Below, piece after piece: positions 13,210-25,590 of a stretch of 64,000 nt of DNA (the stretch's first letter is position 1; every line of letters begins with the position of its first letter). Source of the DNA: Catajapyx aquilonaris (Eukaryota); assembly GCA_000934665.2 (NCBI GenBank), contig KZ538374.1, positions 1 to 64,000 on the forward strand, written 5' to 3'. The notes under the pieces were generated by a model. The model was not told the origin of the DNA, searched no databases, and saw only the letters and a program-made list of their open reading frames with translations. The translations under genes were made by a program, and so were the position numbers.

Positions 13210-13899
13210 GTGACAGAAAACAATATTGGAAGAACCTTTTTTGGCATATTATATATTTTTAAAATCATTGTTAAGGCATAATATTGTGTATTCTCAATGC
13301 CATCTTAGAAGAAGGCAAAAAGCAGCTCATTTAGTGCAAGAAATCTGAAATAAATAGTAATTTTGGTGCTTCTAAATTTGCACCTGTGTGACGAGGTACC
13401 CCAAATAAGTCCCAATATGGTGGTTTTGTAAATATGATGTATTGTCCTTGTCAACAATCACAAAGTACACGGTTTGGTCGGTGGTCAAATAACAGCTTCA
13501 GGACTCTCCGGGTGCACAACCGCACCCCAAGGTGGTTGGTCTCTCTCTCTGCTCTCAAGCCCTCATCCAAGTGGCCCACATCCGTCTTATCAGTGCATAC
13601 AACAAATGGGGGGGTTCACACAAGTCAAAAGGAAATCCCATTACAACCTGCAGTACATTCCATCAATACTAACATGACAAACAGACCTTTCAACAGACAA
13701 TTCTCTCTCAAATGAGGTACTCTATGATGGTAGAAATCAGAACGTAACAACCACTTGACTCCATCGCATTTCCAGAAAAGTTATCTGAAACATCTCGCAA
13801 AGTTATACTACCAATGGTAATCTCATAGGCCCTATCTTATTTTTCATTTTAATACACTACATCACGTTTCTTACCAAAACAATATATTATAGTGCTATG

Positions 13900-14430
13900 C
13901 AGTAACGTATTAACAAATAGGCCTAGTAGGCACGTGCCTAGGGCGGCAAATTTTAGGAGACGGCAAAATAATGTCATGGAGGCGGAAAATTTTATTGAGG
14001 AGAAAATTTTGACCCGTGCGAAAATATGTAACACATGGCGTCACCATTCATGTGCCGCCCCAAGATGAATCACCCGATGCCCGAGACCAGTAAGGGCAAA
14101 AGTCGCTTGCACCCTTCCCCCTAGGACAGTGGGGAACTGTACAGGATCTACACGCGACTTTCGCCCTTACTGGTCTGGTCATCGGCCGATTCACCTTGGA
14201 GCGGCATAAAAGTGTAAACCCCAAGATGAAATTCACTGGATTTTGCTAAGTAGGCCTACTAACTTAGTAGGAGTATCCATGACCAAAATGTCCGTTAAAA
14301 AAAACGAGCTTTTTGGCCTTGAAATCTGCAAATTTCGAAATTTCCACAATCTCGGACCTAAAAACCAGCCAGGATGGGGGCGGCAGATAAGGCTGTGCCT
14401 AGGGGCGGCAAAAGCCTAAATACGTCACTG
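13900..14430. mobile_element. hAT-like MITE with an internal hairpin (14085-14175)
   Basis: CAGT(A/G)ACGTATT TIRs and subterminal GGCGGCA repeats. No clean TSD. Confidence 0.6.
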
Positions 14431-15042
14431 GTTTATGTTTACCGATGAAAAACTTTCAATAATAGAACCCATCCTGCGCATCCCTCTCTGCCTACCACCA
14501 CAAGATCGCTGCTAAAACAACCCTAAACCTTGCAAACAAAAAGAATCCTCACATCCCTCCCAATCCCTCAAACAACCAAGAGCTAATTACTGGCCAAGTA
14601 AGTGGCAGATTAAGGAGTAGAAAGTAAGACATATGATTCGGCAACATTGCCATCCAGCCAGCCTTACGGCCTGCCTGTCTAGGATGGTATAATATCGATT
14701 GATGTGAGCAGGCAGGCAATGTGGCAGGCAGGCAAGTGGTGGCTCTTCAGGTGGCGAGAGATCGCTCAAAATAAAGTGGCGAGGAAAGACATACACCACT
14801 GTCACTCTCGGATAATCACTCGGTGGTCTCCTACCAGTCATTATTTCAAGTCAGAAGTATGACCTTCCAGTATGTCCATCAGCAGATTCAGATCCATTGG
14901 GAATTATTATGCATGCATAGAGGCGTCGTTACTCCAACAGAATATGGATGTCCTACCACGTGTCGATGAATCAGCAAGGACGCCACGGTTACAACTGCGC
15001 CATCTTTAGGACTATCGCCATGATTTCAGGCATCGAGATTAA

Positions 15043-15761
15043 GGGGGCAGTACAGTCATCGACCTTTAAAAAATCCTTTTTTTAATAATAAAAAATCAAG
15101 CGTCTTTTCCTGCGTCGAACGCGGCAAACCGCGTCCCGAAATTCAAAAAATTGGCGCGTCGGTATCCGACGCCTGGCAACCTTGCCTGGCAACGACCTTC
15201 GTAATCTTTTAACTTTAAACGCGTTTTTCTCATCAGTTTGCCGGATTTGGACACTGTGGACATCGCCCAGGCCACAAAAATTTAGCTACGGACTTCCCAC
15301 TTCACCAGATTTATCCTCAAACATGGCGCTATCGTTCGACCTAAAAGAATAGCTATATTAGCCTGCTCGAACTACTTATATTTGTAACTTTAATAAATGT
15401 TTTTTCAAAACTGCTTAATTTTGTAGTTATCTTTCTGAAATCGTTAAAAAAATACTAATACTATTTCCAAAAGTATAATTCTAAGTCAAACGAAAACTAC
15501 ATGCTCAAGGAAGCCTGAGGTCCAATCTGACGGTTGTAGGTTGATCCCAGCGTCCTAAATCGTGCCCACAGTGGCGTGACGTCACGAGGTCCTGGAGGCC
15601 CTTCGACACACGAACGTGATTCGATTATAGGCGCTAATAGGTCTTTGACTTATGTACATTCATGAAAATGAAGTCCCAACTTCTTGTCTCTAGTAGTCTA
15701 TAGTGGTTGTTTTTTTTTGGCGATTTTTCACAAAACCCTTGATTTTGACTGTAGTGCCCCC
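15043..15761. mobile_element. Non-autonomous Kolobok-like DNA transposon
   Basis: TTAA on both flanks, TIR GGGGGCA(G/C)TACAGTCA. Confidence 0.8.
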
Positions 15762-17196
15762 TTAAGTTCGAAATTTTTCTAAATCATTTATGAAACACCA
15801 TGTTTGCCAGGAGTCACTGGGCATGCAATCTGCGTAAGTGACGCGGAATTTGTGCAATTATCTTTGGAGAGAGGGACCCTTTTTCTCGCCTTTTTTCCCG
15901 CCGGAAAAAAAGCGTTCACTTTGAACAATTCCGCCTCACTTTTCCTGAGTGGAGTGCTATAATACGGTGGTCATATGGTGTAGTGCGCTCTTGCACTTCT
16001 CTGCATATGGCCAAAATTGCCTCTCTCATCCATTCCAAAACGTCTTCATTGGTTCTCATCCGTGCAAAAATGAAATGTCGCAGCGTTTCATTTGTAAACG
16101 TTCGTCACACTGCGGTTATTTCCGTAATGGGAAGCCAAAAACAACTATGGTAATTTTTTTTTCGAATGTAACAAGGAATTTATGACTGGCAATGTATACG
16201 AGACCAGAAAGCTGGTCTGCAAAATTCAGGTTGTCATTAGATTTCAATTACTAGACAACTAAATTGCAATATGCAACATAAATCAATCTCGTTGTTTTAT
16301 TAAAATTACACATGCAAATTAACAATCTGTCCATAACAAGGAGAACCGAGCTCATTGGAAGGCATTATACAGCAACCATGCAGTTTTAATCGCCTTAATA
16401 TGTCCTTAGTAAAATACCATGTTCAAAACAAAATTAAAATGTGGAATATAAGCCGAGATTTTAGGACTTCACACATAGAACGGTATCTGCGTTGCATTAG
16501 GTGAAGAGTCACGCAGAGCAACTGAATCCTAATTTTCCGACGTTTGCCAGTGCTGAGTGAAACAGCCCATTCAGCTCTCCATCACCATACGTATGCATAT
16601 TGTAAGCTATATTGACGCTGGTAATCCGAGCTTGGCAGCATATTCGTATATGATCAAGTAATAATAACAGGTCAGGGAACATTCCGCTGAATATGATTAT
16701 GGGCTCCAGCGAATGGCCAAATGTCTGCAAGTAAAAAATATGCCGGCATATATCACAGGTAGGCGGCTGGATACCAGTGGTGAAGCGTAATAATATTAAC
16801 GTTATGATTCAAAACTATAGATTAAACAAGCCTGTGAAATTCTATGGTTAACGCTAACACCACGGGTGGAAGGGGATGGCAGGTCAAGTTAGGTGTCATG
16901 CTGCACATAAGTACGAAAAAAAGATACAAAAGCAACGGTATTTTGCATTCAAGCCCTTCATAGTCATATTTAATTCAATTTCACCGACAAGATGTAATGA
17001 GAAATCTATAATCCATTTACCCATGTCTATCCCAGCAAGCTTACAACGCTCAATCCAACCTCGAGGCAAGGTGTGAACTAATATGCTTGAACCAAAGCAA
17101 CAGTCTGATGGACGTCCTTTCAGCATTTTGAAAACAAGCTGTGGTTCCAGGAATCACCATTAGTATTCGGCACCGACTTTGCTATTCCCGCAATCG

Positions 17197-17237
17197 CTGC
17201 GGGGTTCTCAACCAAGGCTTGGTTGAGAACCCCGCAG
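17197..17237. repeat. Perfect 41-bp inverted repeat
   Basis: 20-bp arms with a 1-nt spacer. Confidence 0.95.
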
Positions 17238-17317
17238 AGGCAACAATCAAGATTTGAATCATGAATCTGGAGGTGATTGATACCTCCGAGAGTATACATC
17301 GGCAGCTAGCCACCATG

Positions 17318-17479
17318 CAGGGTGTTGCAAAATTGTTGTCCGTATAGGTTCACTGCAATATTCCAATTCAAAATTATCCCAGTTGATTTTGGTCATTAAC
17401 TGGCCCAAAATCAACAGTTTGTCTTGGAATATTGCAAGGATATGTCCCAGAGGAATTTCGCGAATTTTGCAACACCCGG
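17318..17479. mobile_element. Small mariner-type MITE
   Basis: GGGTGTTGCAAAATT TIRs. Confidence 0.6.
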
Positions 17480-19708
17480 CACGACACGTCGTACGTCTAC
17501 CTCAGTGTGATTCACACAGAGGACCATAGAAGGATGCAGTGGTCAAACAAATGATAGGTTTTGATGATGGAGATCAGAGTCGAGGATCCCTCCTGCGCCT
17601 GCTTGCCTGCCTCCCTCTCTGAACTACAACAATAGCTCATCACATTGTGCAAACTATGTCACCCCACGCCATCCATTATTCGCCAGCCCTCCCGTTTGTC
17701 AGGCTCAACTTTCCCGAGCGTTAGATAGAACGATGAAAATTAGGCTATTTATGGAAAGAACCATTTCCTGGCCTGTAACAACAGGTTTGGCGAATGACGA
17801 TTAGACACCCATCATTAATCACCAAGGGGGTAGCTAGGAGGGGGGAATGATAAAAAGAAAATTGCCATACCTCCCTGTCAAATGCCCCCGGTCTCAAGAC
17901 TAATGATCACTCCTCTGTTCTGTATGCACTCGACTGTTACCCCCAAAATCAAGGCTGACTCTAGGTGGGGGAAAAATGAAAGAGGATGATTTTTGGAATT
18001 TTGACGTTGATGCTGTAACATGTTGGAAGCACCGATAGAATGATGTAGCATCATGATCATGATCAACAGGGTTACAAAATATAGTATAGATTCATGGTTT
18101 GTGGGAGCCAACGGAAGAGATGCAAGTAAGTGGAGCAAGCTTCTGTATTGTATATCACTTTCCTTATACCATCCCCCAAAGCGAAGGTAGATTAGATTTC
18201 CGAACCTTGCATATTAGGGCCATCTCTATGTTACTAACCTATGTATGTACAACCCTGAAGTTACCTCTAGGGGTTAGGAGTGACGACCTGAGGTTTGGTC
18301 TCATATTTGTGGAGCTAAAAAGGTTCTACTGTATTTACCATCTGTAGAGAAGATAAATGATTCAGTATACGGATCATATTGTAGGAAACGTAGCTTGCCA
18401 TGTGTTGTGGGGCGTGGATTTTTTTGGCGAAAACAGGCAAATATGTATAACTAGAACTGACAGTATACAACTACATCAGTTGACACCGTAAAACATAATA
18501 TTTTTTCATTGTATAAGAATGAAAAAAGCATTGAGCCGGTTATATGAAAAATAGGGATATTGTAGGTCTATAGTAGTTGTTCCCAACCTTTTCGGGCCTT
18601 CGTATCTACTTAGCTCCGTATCCCTTGGGTAGCTAATATAAGTTGAACTTTATATTATACACTATTGAAAGCAAACATCAAATCAAAATCAAAACCCCTT
18701 GTAAAATATACGTATTTAACATAATCGAATGAATAAATGGACGGCTATTGGAGAAGTTAAATTAACATTTCATAAGCATAACACTTTCGTTTCGTCAGCA
18801 AAATAATGCATATAAATTATACCTCAGAAATAATGAAGCACTCATATAGCCAAATCGTCCCACCAATCGATACAACACAATGGCTTGGAATGCCAAAATG
18901 CAATCAAATAATCCCAATAGGATTCCAAGCACGGGAAATGGGGCAACTGTACTTATCAACAGTCATATGTTCCAAGGAAATTCTCCGAAACGGAAACACT
19001 TACACAGGGAGGTCCAATCATCAGAGTCACTACAGGAATTCGATCTTAGATTCACAGTCCGAAGAAAAACAGTAGGCCGCTCGTATAAGGCATCCCACAA
19101 CCACTGCACAGTAATGCTGCGAGTTCAGTCTCCAGCAGTCTTCATGACCTATCAGCACAGCTCGTAGCGTAGTTGTTGATGTTACGAGACAATACAATCG
19201 TAACACCTAGAGCTCAAATTGGCAGCTTAAGTTACGTGGTACTTAAGCGACGAGCTCAAGAAGGCGGGAAATTAGCTGTCCCATATCGGAATCTCCGCCG
19301 ACCTGGCTCCAGGCAGGAGTCAAAGTCAGGTTAGTCAACACCGTGGTCAACTCTCTCGATTAGAGGGAAGCACGGAGGGAAGTTACCACCCTAGAAGGCT
19401 ACGCGTAGACTTGGGAAATGGGGTTTACTCCCAGAACAGTACTTAAGGTAAGTCCGTGTGGTCAAATTCACCTGGTCCAAAAGTGCTACCCGCCTACACG
19501 TGACATGGAAACCCGTTGGCAGTTGCTATGTTAACCCGTTGCCATGGTAACTTGTTGCTATGGTTACCCCATTGCGTTGTCATGATACACATGGAGGTAG
19601 AAGGGAGGGGGTGGTGGAGGGGAAGGGAAATGGGATATAGCCTACCGATAAACTTTGCCTTTTATTTAGGTACAGTTATGAAAATTAATGATAATAATTA
19701 ATAATCCA

Positions 19709-19876
19709 CAGGGTGGTACTATCGGGTTCAAATACTTTTGGCCATTTTATCCTGGTCTTGAAGCAACCCTTCGCACAGACCCCAGGTTAATGAGGTGTGT
19801 GTGGGTGTGTGTGTGAAGGGTTGCTTCAAGACCAGGATAAAGTGGCCAAAAGTATTTGAACCCGATAGTATACCTG
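19709..19876. mobile_element. Hairpin MITE with (GT)n in the loop
   Basis: ~55-bp arms TACTATCGGGTTCAAATACTTTTGGCCA..., CAGG/CCTG-TA ends. Confidence 0.8.
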
Positions 19877-21671
19877 TACTGGTACTAGTATTCACGTGCA
19901 TGACAAAATTAAACATGATATGGGTCATTCCATACAAACTCATTCAGTTTTTAAACACCCTGTACATTGACAAATCTATTTTGGCTGGAAACTTTTCGCG
20001 CAATTTCAGAGCCTGTCTTCTTCGCAGAGTTGTTTGTTACGTACTGAAAGCGTGTGCCAAATTTTATCCAGAACGTGTCATTTGTTGCCTATGGCTTTTG
20101 TTTAAGACTGCTATTGGCCACTTAAAAGGTTTTCCATGTCTTATTATGAATCATCCTTCTCAGGTATATGATGCCAAAAATTTAAAAAACGGAGATGTTA
20201 GAGGATCGATTGCCCCATAGGGAGCGATAATTTTCATCCGCGGAGATTGTTTCTAATAATATCTGAAACAAAATCGAAAGACAATATTAACCTATAGACA
20301 GCTTCACGTGTAAAAATTCTATAATATGTTACAATTTTTCAATCTTTCACACTTTTTTATTTGAAATTGACATGAAACAGAGCAGCTTTTTTGTAGTCTT
20401 AGCTCCTCTATAGGAGGCCAAAACTTTAGCCTATTAATCCTAGGTCTTATGTTATTCCAATCAGTGATGTAATCAGTGCACTGAATTCAAATTGGTTAAT
20501 GCGCAGCAATCTCGGTGGTTGTGTCTAATACTATAATTACCTTACGAAATAAACCCGGAAGGAAATAAATAATTATAAAATTATTTTATACTGACATTTC
20601 CAAATCGCCATGATCGCTATTGCAGTGGAACTCACAAGAAAAAGAAACTTTCACTTCATTTTGACACCAGAAACAATAGCAAGGGCTGAAATATTAATCA
20701 CTTAATACAGTGCAATCGATCCTATATCACTTTCTTTAAGTAACGCATACTTTATCTTAATCAATTGTGATATTAACAACTACATCTGCGTAATCTCAAT
20801 AAGATCACGAGGGCTAATTAAGGCCAAAGTCTACAAATCATCTGTAGAAGATCAATTTGTAGACTATAAGGCTAAGTATTTCTGAAATCAGTGGTGCCAA
20901 ACCATTATAGCCTAAGTGGAACATTTTATTGTCCCAGTGTGTATTAAAAGCATGCTCTGGTGGAGTTTAAGACACATTGAGAGAAAATTAATGTTATTTG
21001 TTGTTATTAATGATATAAAAATTATAGGTATACCTATCAAGCAAATGCGATGATGGATGGCTTGCCAAAGATTAGTAACGTATAGGGAGGTGCTTATGCT
21101 TACGGATAAGAGTTCTGACCATGTGTACTGTGGTGTCTCAGGCCGGACTTGTAATACAGTATATCAAGCTAGAGTAGTGACACCAAATTTGCATGATGAC
21201 TGGTCTAGATTATCATACCATCTTATAGGAAGTTACGTAGTTATCATTTAACCAATCCACTTATATTCCATTTCACACAAATTTTTCTGAACATTATTTA
21301 TTTTATTACGTAGCGACAACTTAGGTGACTTAACTGCATCATCAGTGATGGGGGAAGGAATATGTAGGCCTAAGGGCTAGGTCAAATAGAGCTGAAGAGG
21401 AGGTGGAAGTTTACAGATTTTGGATGGAAAAAACTGACACATACAGGGTGTTTCACACTGTCCAACGAATATCCATAATAGCAAGATAATAGACAACAAG
21501 TAGGCCTACTTTAGACCAATGTACTTGTACGAGTGACATTACACATTTACATGGTGGGTCAATTTCAGATCACGCAATGGGTGTCAAGTCAGAATTATTG
21601 ATTTTTTTAAATACATGTGAAACCCAGATATAAAATATATAGTAGACCTTCTCATAATATGTTGCAATTAT

Positions 21672-22020
21672 GGGGAAGGCGCGGTGGCCGAGATGGTAAC
21701 GTCTCGGCTTTCTGAGCGGAAGGTTCCGGGTTCGATCCCCGCCCGGGATTTCCCCTCCGCCTGCGTCAGTGGGTCTAGACTCGCGCCTAAGAAGGCGTCT
21801 TCGCAACCTAGCCTTCTGGGGGACTGCACACGACCCATTTTCCGACATTGCACTTGCACATGTGTCCCCTCCCCCAAAATCCCTATCCTTACCCCATTTC
21901 CTTGCTTCCCTGCACGGAGAACGAAGAAAAAAAGTCTGTTAAACTAGAAAACCAATGGTGGTAGGCCACCCCCCTATAACGACTTACAGTTGTATCACGG
22001 GGTAAAATAAATGTAAAAAA
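21672..22020 (+). mobile_element. Full-length tRNA-derived SINE
   Basis: A and B boxes, A-rich tail, perfect 16-bp TSD AATATGTTGCAATTAT. Confidence 0.92.
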
Positions 22021-22419
22021 AATATGTTGCAATTATTACTTTTTCAAACTTCAACAGTTATTGAGATATTCATAATATTTTAAGTGGTAGGCCTAACAAA
22101 TATTACTTGTATGATACACTAACTTGAGCTGTTGGGAAACATTAGTTCAATCTAAATGAACTTTGTATGACAGAAATTTATTGTAATTCTGTTACCCCTT
22201 GAAATAATACTACAATCTCAATAATCAAATTTAATTTTGAGAATTGCATTCCAACATGTGAGTTCCATTACACCCATTGCCTGATCTTCTATGAAATCAC
22301 CCTATACTGTAAACAGTCTTTCTTACATTATGATGGCAAACGAAGCCAACCAATCATACCACATCAATAATATACGCGTATGATATAGAGAGGGTAGTGC
22401 ACAAATAAGACATTTATTG

Positions 22420-22543
22420 CCCGATTGCACCACTGAACCAAAATTACCGCTCCGATAGCTCCTAATGGATCGTTAGAACTTTTAACGTGTGCTAACGATC
22501 TGTTAGGAACTATCGAATCGATAATTTCGTTGGTGCAATCGGG
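22420..22543. mobile_element. Harbinger-like hairpin MITE
   Basis: CCCGATTGCACCA TIRs and an imperfect internal palindrome. Confidence 0.7.
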
Positions 22544-23854
22544 TATATTATGTCAACTAGGTACTTGTAGAACACGGACCTCAGTTGTGGGATATTCACT
22601 AGGGATTAGTGTATACCTTACACCACATAGATTACCCATTGAAAGTGAGCCATTTTTAAAATACTGCTAGGCGCATTTGTCTGACGTTATATAACACTGA
22701 GAAGTTGGTCTTTCTGTCTTTCCCATGGAGTTTCCCTATACATGAACGGGATCGGCATGTGGCGTAACCTATCGGGAAGTCGGGAAAATAGTTTAGCCTT
22801 GGTGGTTGGTGGGGTACACGAACTTCTCTAACAAAACTAGGAGGAGCAAGTAAAGTAATTCGTTCAATGATACCATCCATATTAATGCAAACGACCGGCA
22901 GAATATTATCCATCACGAGTAATTAACATTAGGTGTTATCGAAAGACGCTTGGAATAATCTATAGCGAGAACTATAGATAGCCTACAGTATACGCGAATG
23001 TAATTTATTCCTACTGTAATGTAAATAATGTCATTATGTAGAACTGACGAAAAGGAGTGATAAGAAACACTCTCACTTATTGTACTTGTATTTAGTGGAG
23101 AGCTCAAGTTAGCAATACAAAATGTTCCAGTAGTAAAGAACGAAGAGGTAGGCACTTCGAAAAACAGATCCTAAACCACCCAAAACCGGTGTGATTTCAG
23201 CAGAATTCGCCAGAAACAGTTTCAGGAATAAAACAGTGTATACCTTCAATGCAAGTGGCACACATGAACAGTCCCGATTATCCAACCAATAACTGCTGTT
23301 AGTAAATACCCAGAAATGCGAGGTGTATGTGATCATATGAGGTGCAGGGAAAGTGCCAGAAATTGCGAGGATTTGTAGACTGAGTTCCCTGCTTTGATAA
23401 GAATAATCTTAACTGCGAAACCGTATAGTGTAACAACTCAGCAGCAACAAGTACAAGTGTCTTTACAGTTCCGTGCCTTATCTTCTTTGTATGCAATGAA
23501 TTGCCTCGCTTTCCTTGGCTGATTGATGTCATGTTTTCTACTGTTTGGTTTTGAAAAGAAATAAGTGCACTAAAGCAACCGCAGTTTCTTGTTTGGTTGG
23601 TTCATGTACACTTCCTCCGAAGAGCCTTAGTTCATTGCCTCACTATTAGTAATGTGATATTGGTTCACAATATTGATAGCTAAACAGGTGTGATTTTTAA
23701 GAATTGTATGAAGCGTATGATGTCCGTATGAAACAGAGTTTCGGTATGGAGAATATGGTACAGTGAAACCTGCCTATAGTAACATAAGAGAAAATTGTTG
23801 AATGTAAATTTTTCTGTGTCTGCTAATAATTCTCAATATAATAATTTTGTACCG

Positions 23855-23992
23855 TTGGAGGAAAAGGGAGAACCATGAGAAAACCCACACAAGAACGGAG
23901 AGAACACATCAAAACATTTTCTACATGAGAATCTTCTGTCCTACCAGGGGATCGAACGTGGGACTTCCGAGTGCGAGTGCCGAGTGGTGTGA
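23855..23992 (-). mobile_element. SINE fragment, family of 54842
   Basis: Reverse complement has B box GTTCGATCCC and TTCTCTCCGT...GGGTTTTCTC...TTTCCTCC. Confidence 0.7.
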
Positions 23993-24932
23993 AAAATTAC
24001 ACCAATGTACCACCTCAAATTATTTACAATGCATTTTTATGTCGTGGAAAATTGTTTACTACGGAAAAATTCCGCGAAACGAAGCAATTCAACTAGACTC
24101 TATACAGATTTTACAATATACGGTGTAGTCCACCTATCCTCCCCCTTGAAGGACGCAATTTGTTTCGCCACAACAATCCGCAAAGCGAAAATCCGTGGAG
24201 TGACAACCCTATTTCCATATATTACATACACCCCCCAACAGCTGCCTATTACCACTCTAAATTCACAAAGAAGACAGTATAGAATAGTGTTTCAGATAAG
24301 TATAGAAACGACAAGTTCCTTTATGGATGTAATATGCGTCGGAGAGCCACATGACATTATTTCAGCAACGATGGATCCTCTAAAGTTACCTGACAAACCT
24401 TTCTATGTGTTCCTCACCTAAAAGTTCATAACGCTTACCTTACACCCACTCTCATCCCTCAGGAAGAACAACGCTCAATTACATTCACACCTGTACGCCA
24501 AAAACCACTAAAGTTCCCTATTATGATTTTTTGGGGGGAAAAGCCGTGATGAATATGTATGTATGTATGTAAATTTATAGCCGCGCTATTGGCCTAAAAC
24601 TGCATATTTTGAAATGGAACCAAAATGTGTCAACAATGCGCAAAAAAAAATATCGTGAATTTACTCTGAAACCAGTCTGAAACGTTTGGTACGCGGGTCC
24701 GGCATTCGTAATGTCACCTCCCATTACAACGCTCCGTTACGCTAAATTGACTCCTCCTCCCCGAGTTATAAGTGCGTAACGCACTTATGCAATGTGTTCA
24801 AAGAGCCCCCACGTATACATAACCATTATAAATAGGCTAAAATTGGCATCAAGTTGATGCACTCAATAAGCGTAGACATAATTCAATGAACATATTAAAA
24901 ACTAGCACTGTAAATAACTAATTTTTATCAGA

Positions 24933-24977
<45 letters not shown>

Positions 24978-24986
24978 GATCGATTG

Positions 24987-25068
<82 letters not shown>

Positions 25069-25321
25069 TTCTTCTTCTTCTTCTTCTTCTTCTTCCTACA
25101 ATAATAATAACAATAACAATAATAATAACAATAACAACAATAATAATAATAAGCTTATTGTTATTTTCTATACCCCGTTTTATACCCCGTTATTATTATT
25201 AAACTTATTATTATTAAGCTTATTGTTATTTTTTATACCCCGTTCTATACCCCGTTATTATTATTATTAAACTTATTATTATTAAACTTATTGCTATTTT
25301 CTATGCCCCGTTCTAGGGATT

Positions 25322-25369
<48 letters not shown>

Positions 25370-25417
25370 TTTGTTTGTTATTAAACATATCGTTATTTTC
25401 TATACCTCGTTCTAGGG

Positions 25418-25449
<32 letters not shown>

Positions 25450-25501
25450 TTATTATTATTATTATTAAACATGTTGTTATTTTCTATACCACGTTCTAGG
25501 G

Positions 25502-25589
<88 letters not shown>

Positions 25590-25590
25590 C
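24933..25590. repeat. Compound microsatellite (CAT)n-(ATT)n-(CTT)n-(AAT/AAC)n followed by repeated TATACCCCGTT units
   Basis: Directly visible. Confidence 0.95.

Noticed and set aside
22650..23530. Minus-strand hydrophobic fragments reminiscent of GPCR TM6/TM7 (TVKTLVLVAA, SHFWVFTNSS)
   Set aside because: Scattered over several frames, no NPxxY or DRY motif, too weak to call.
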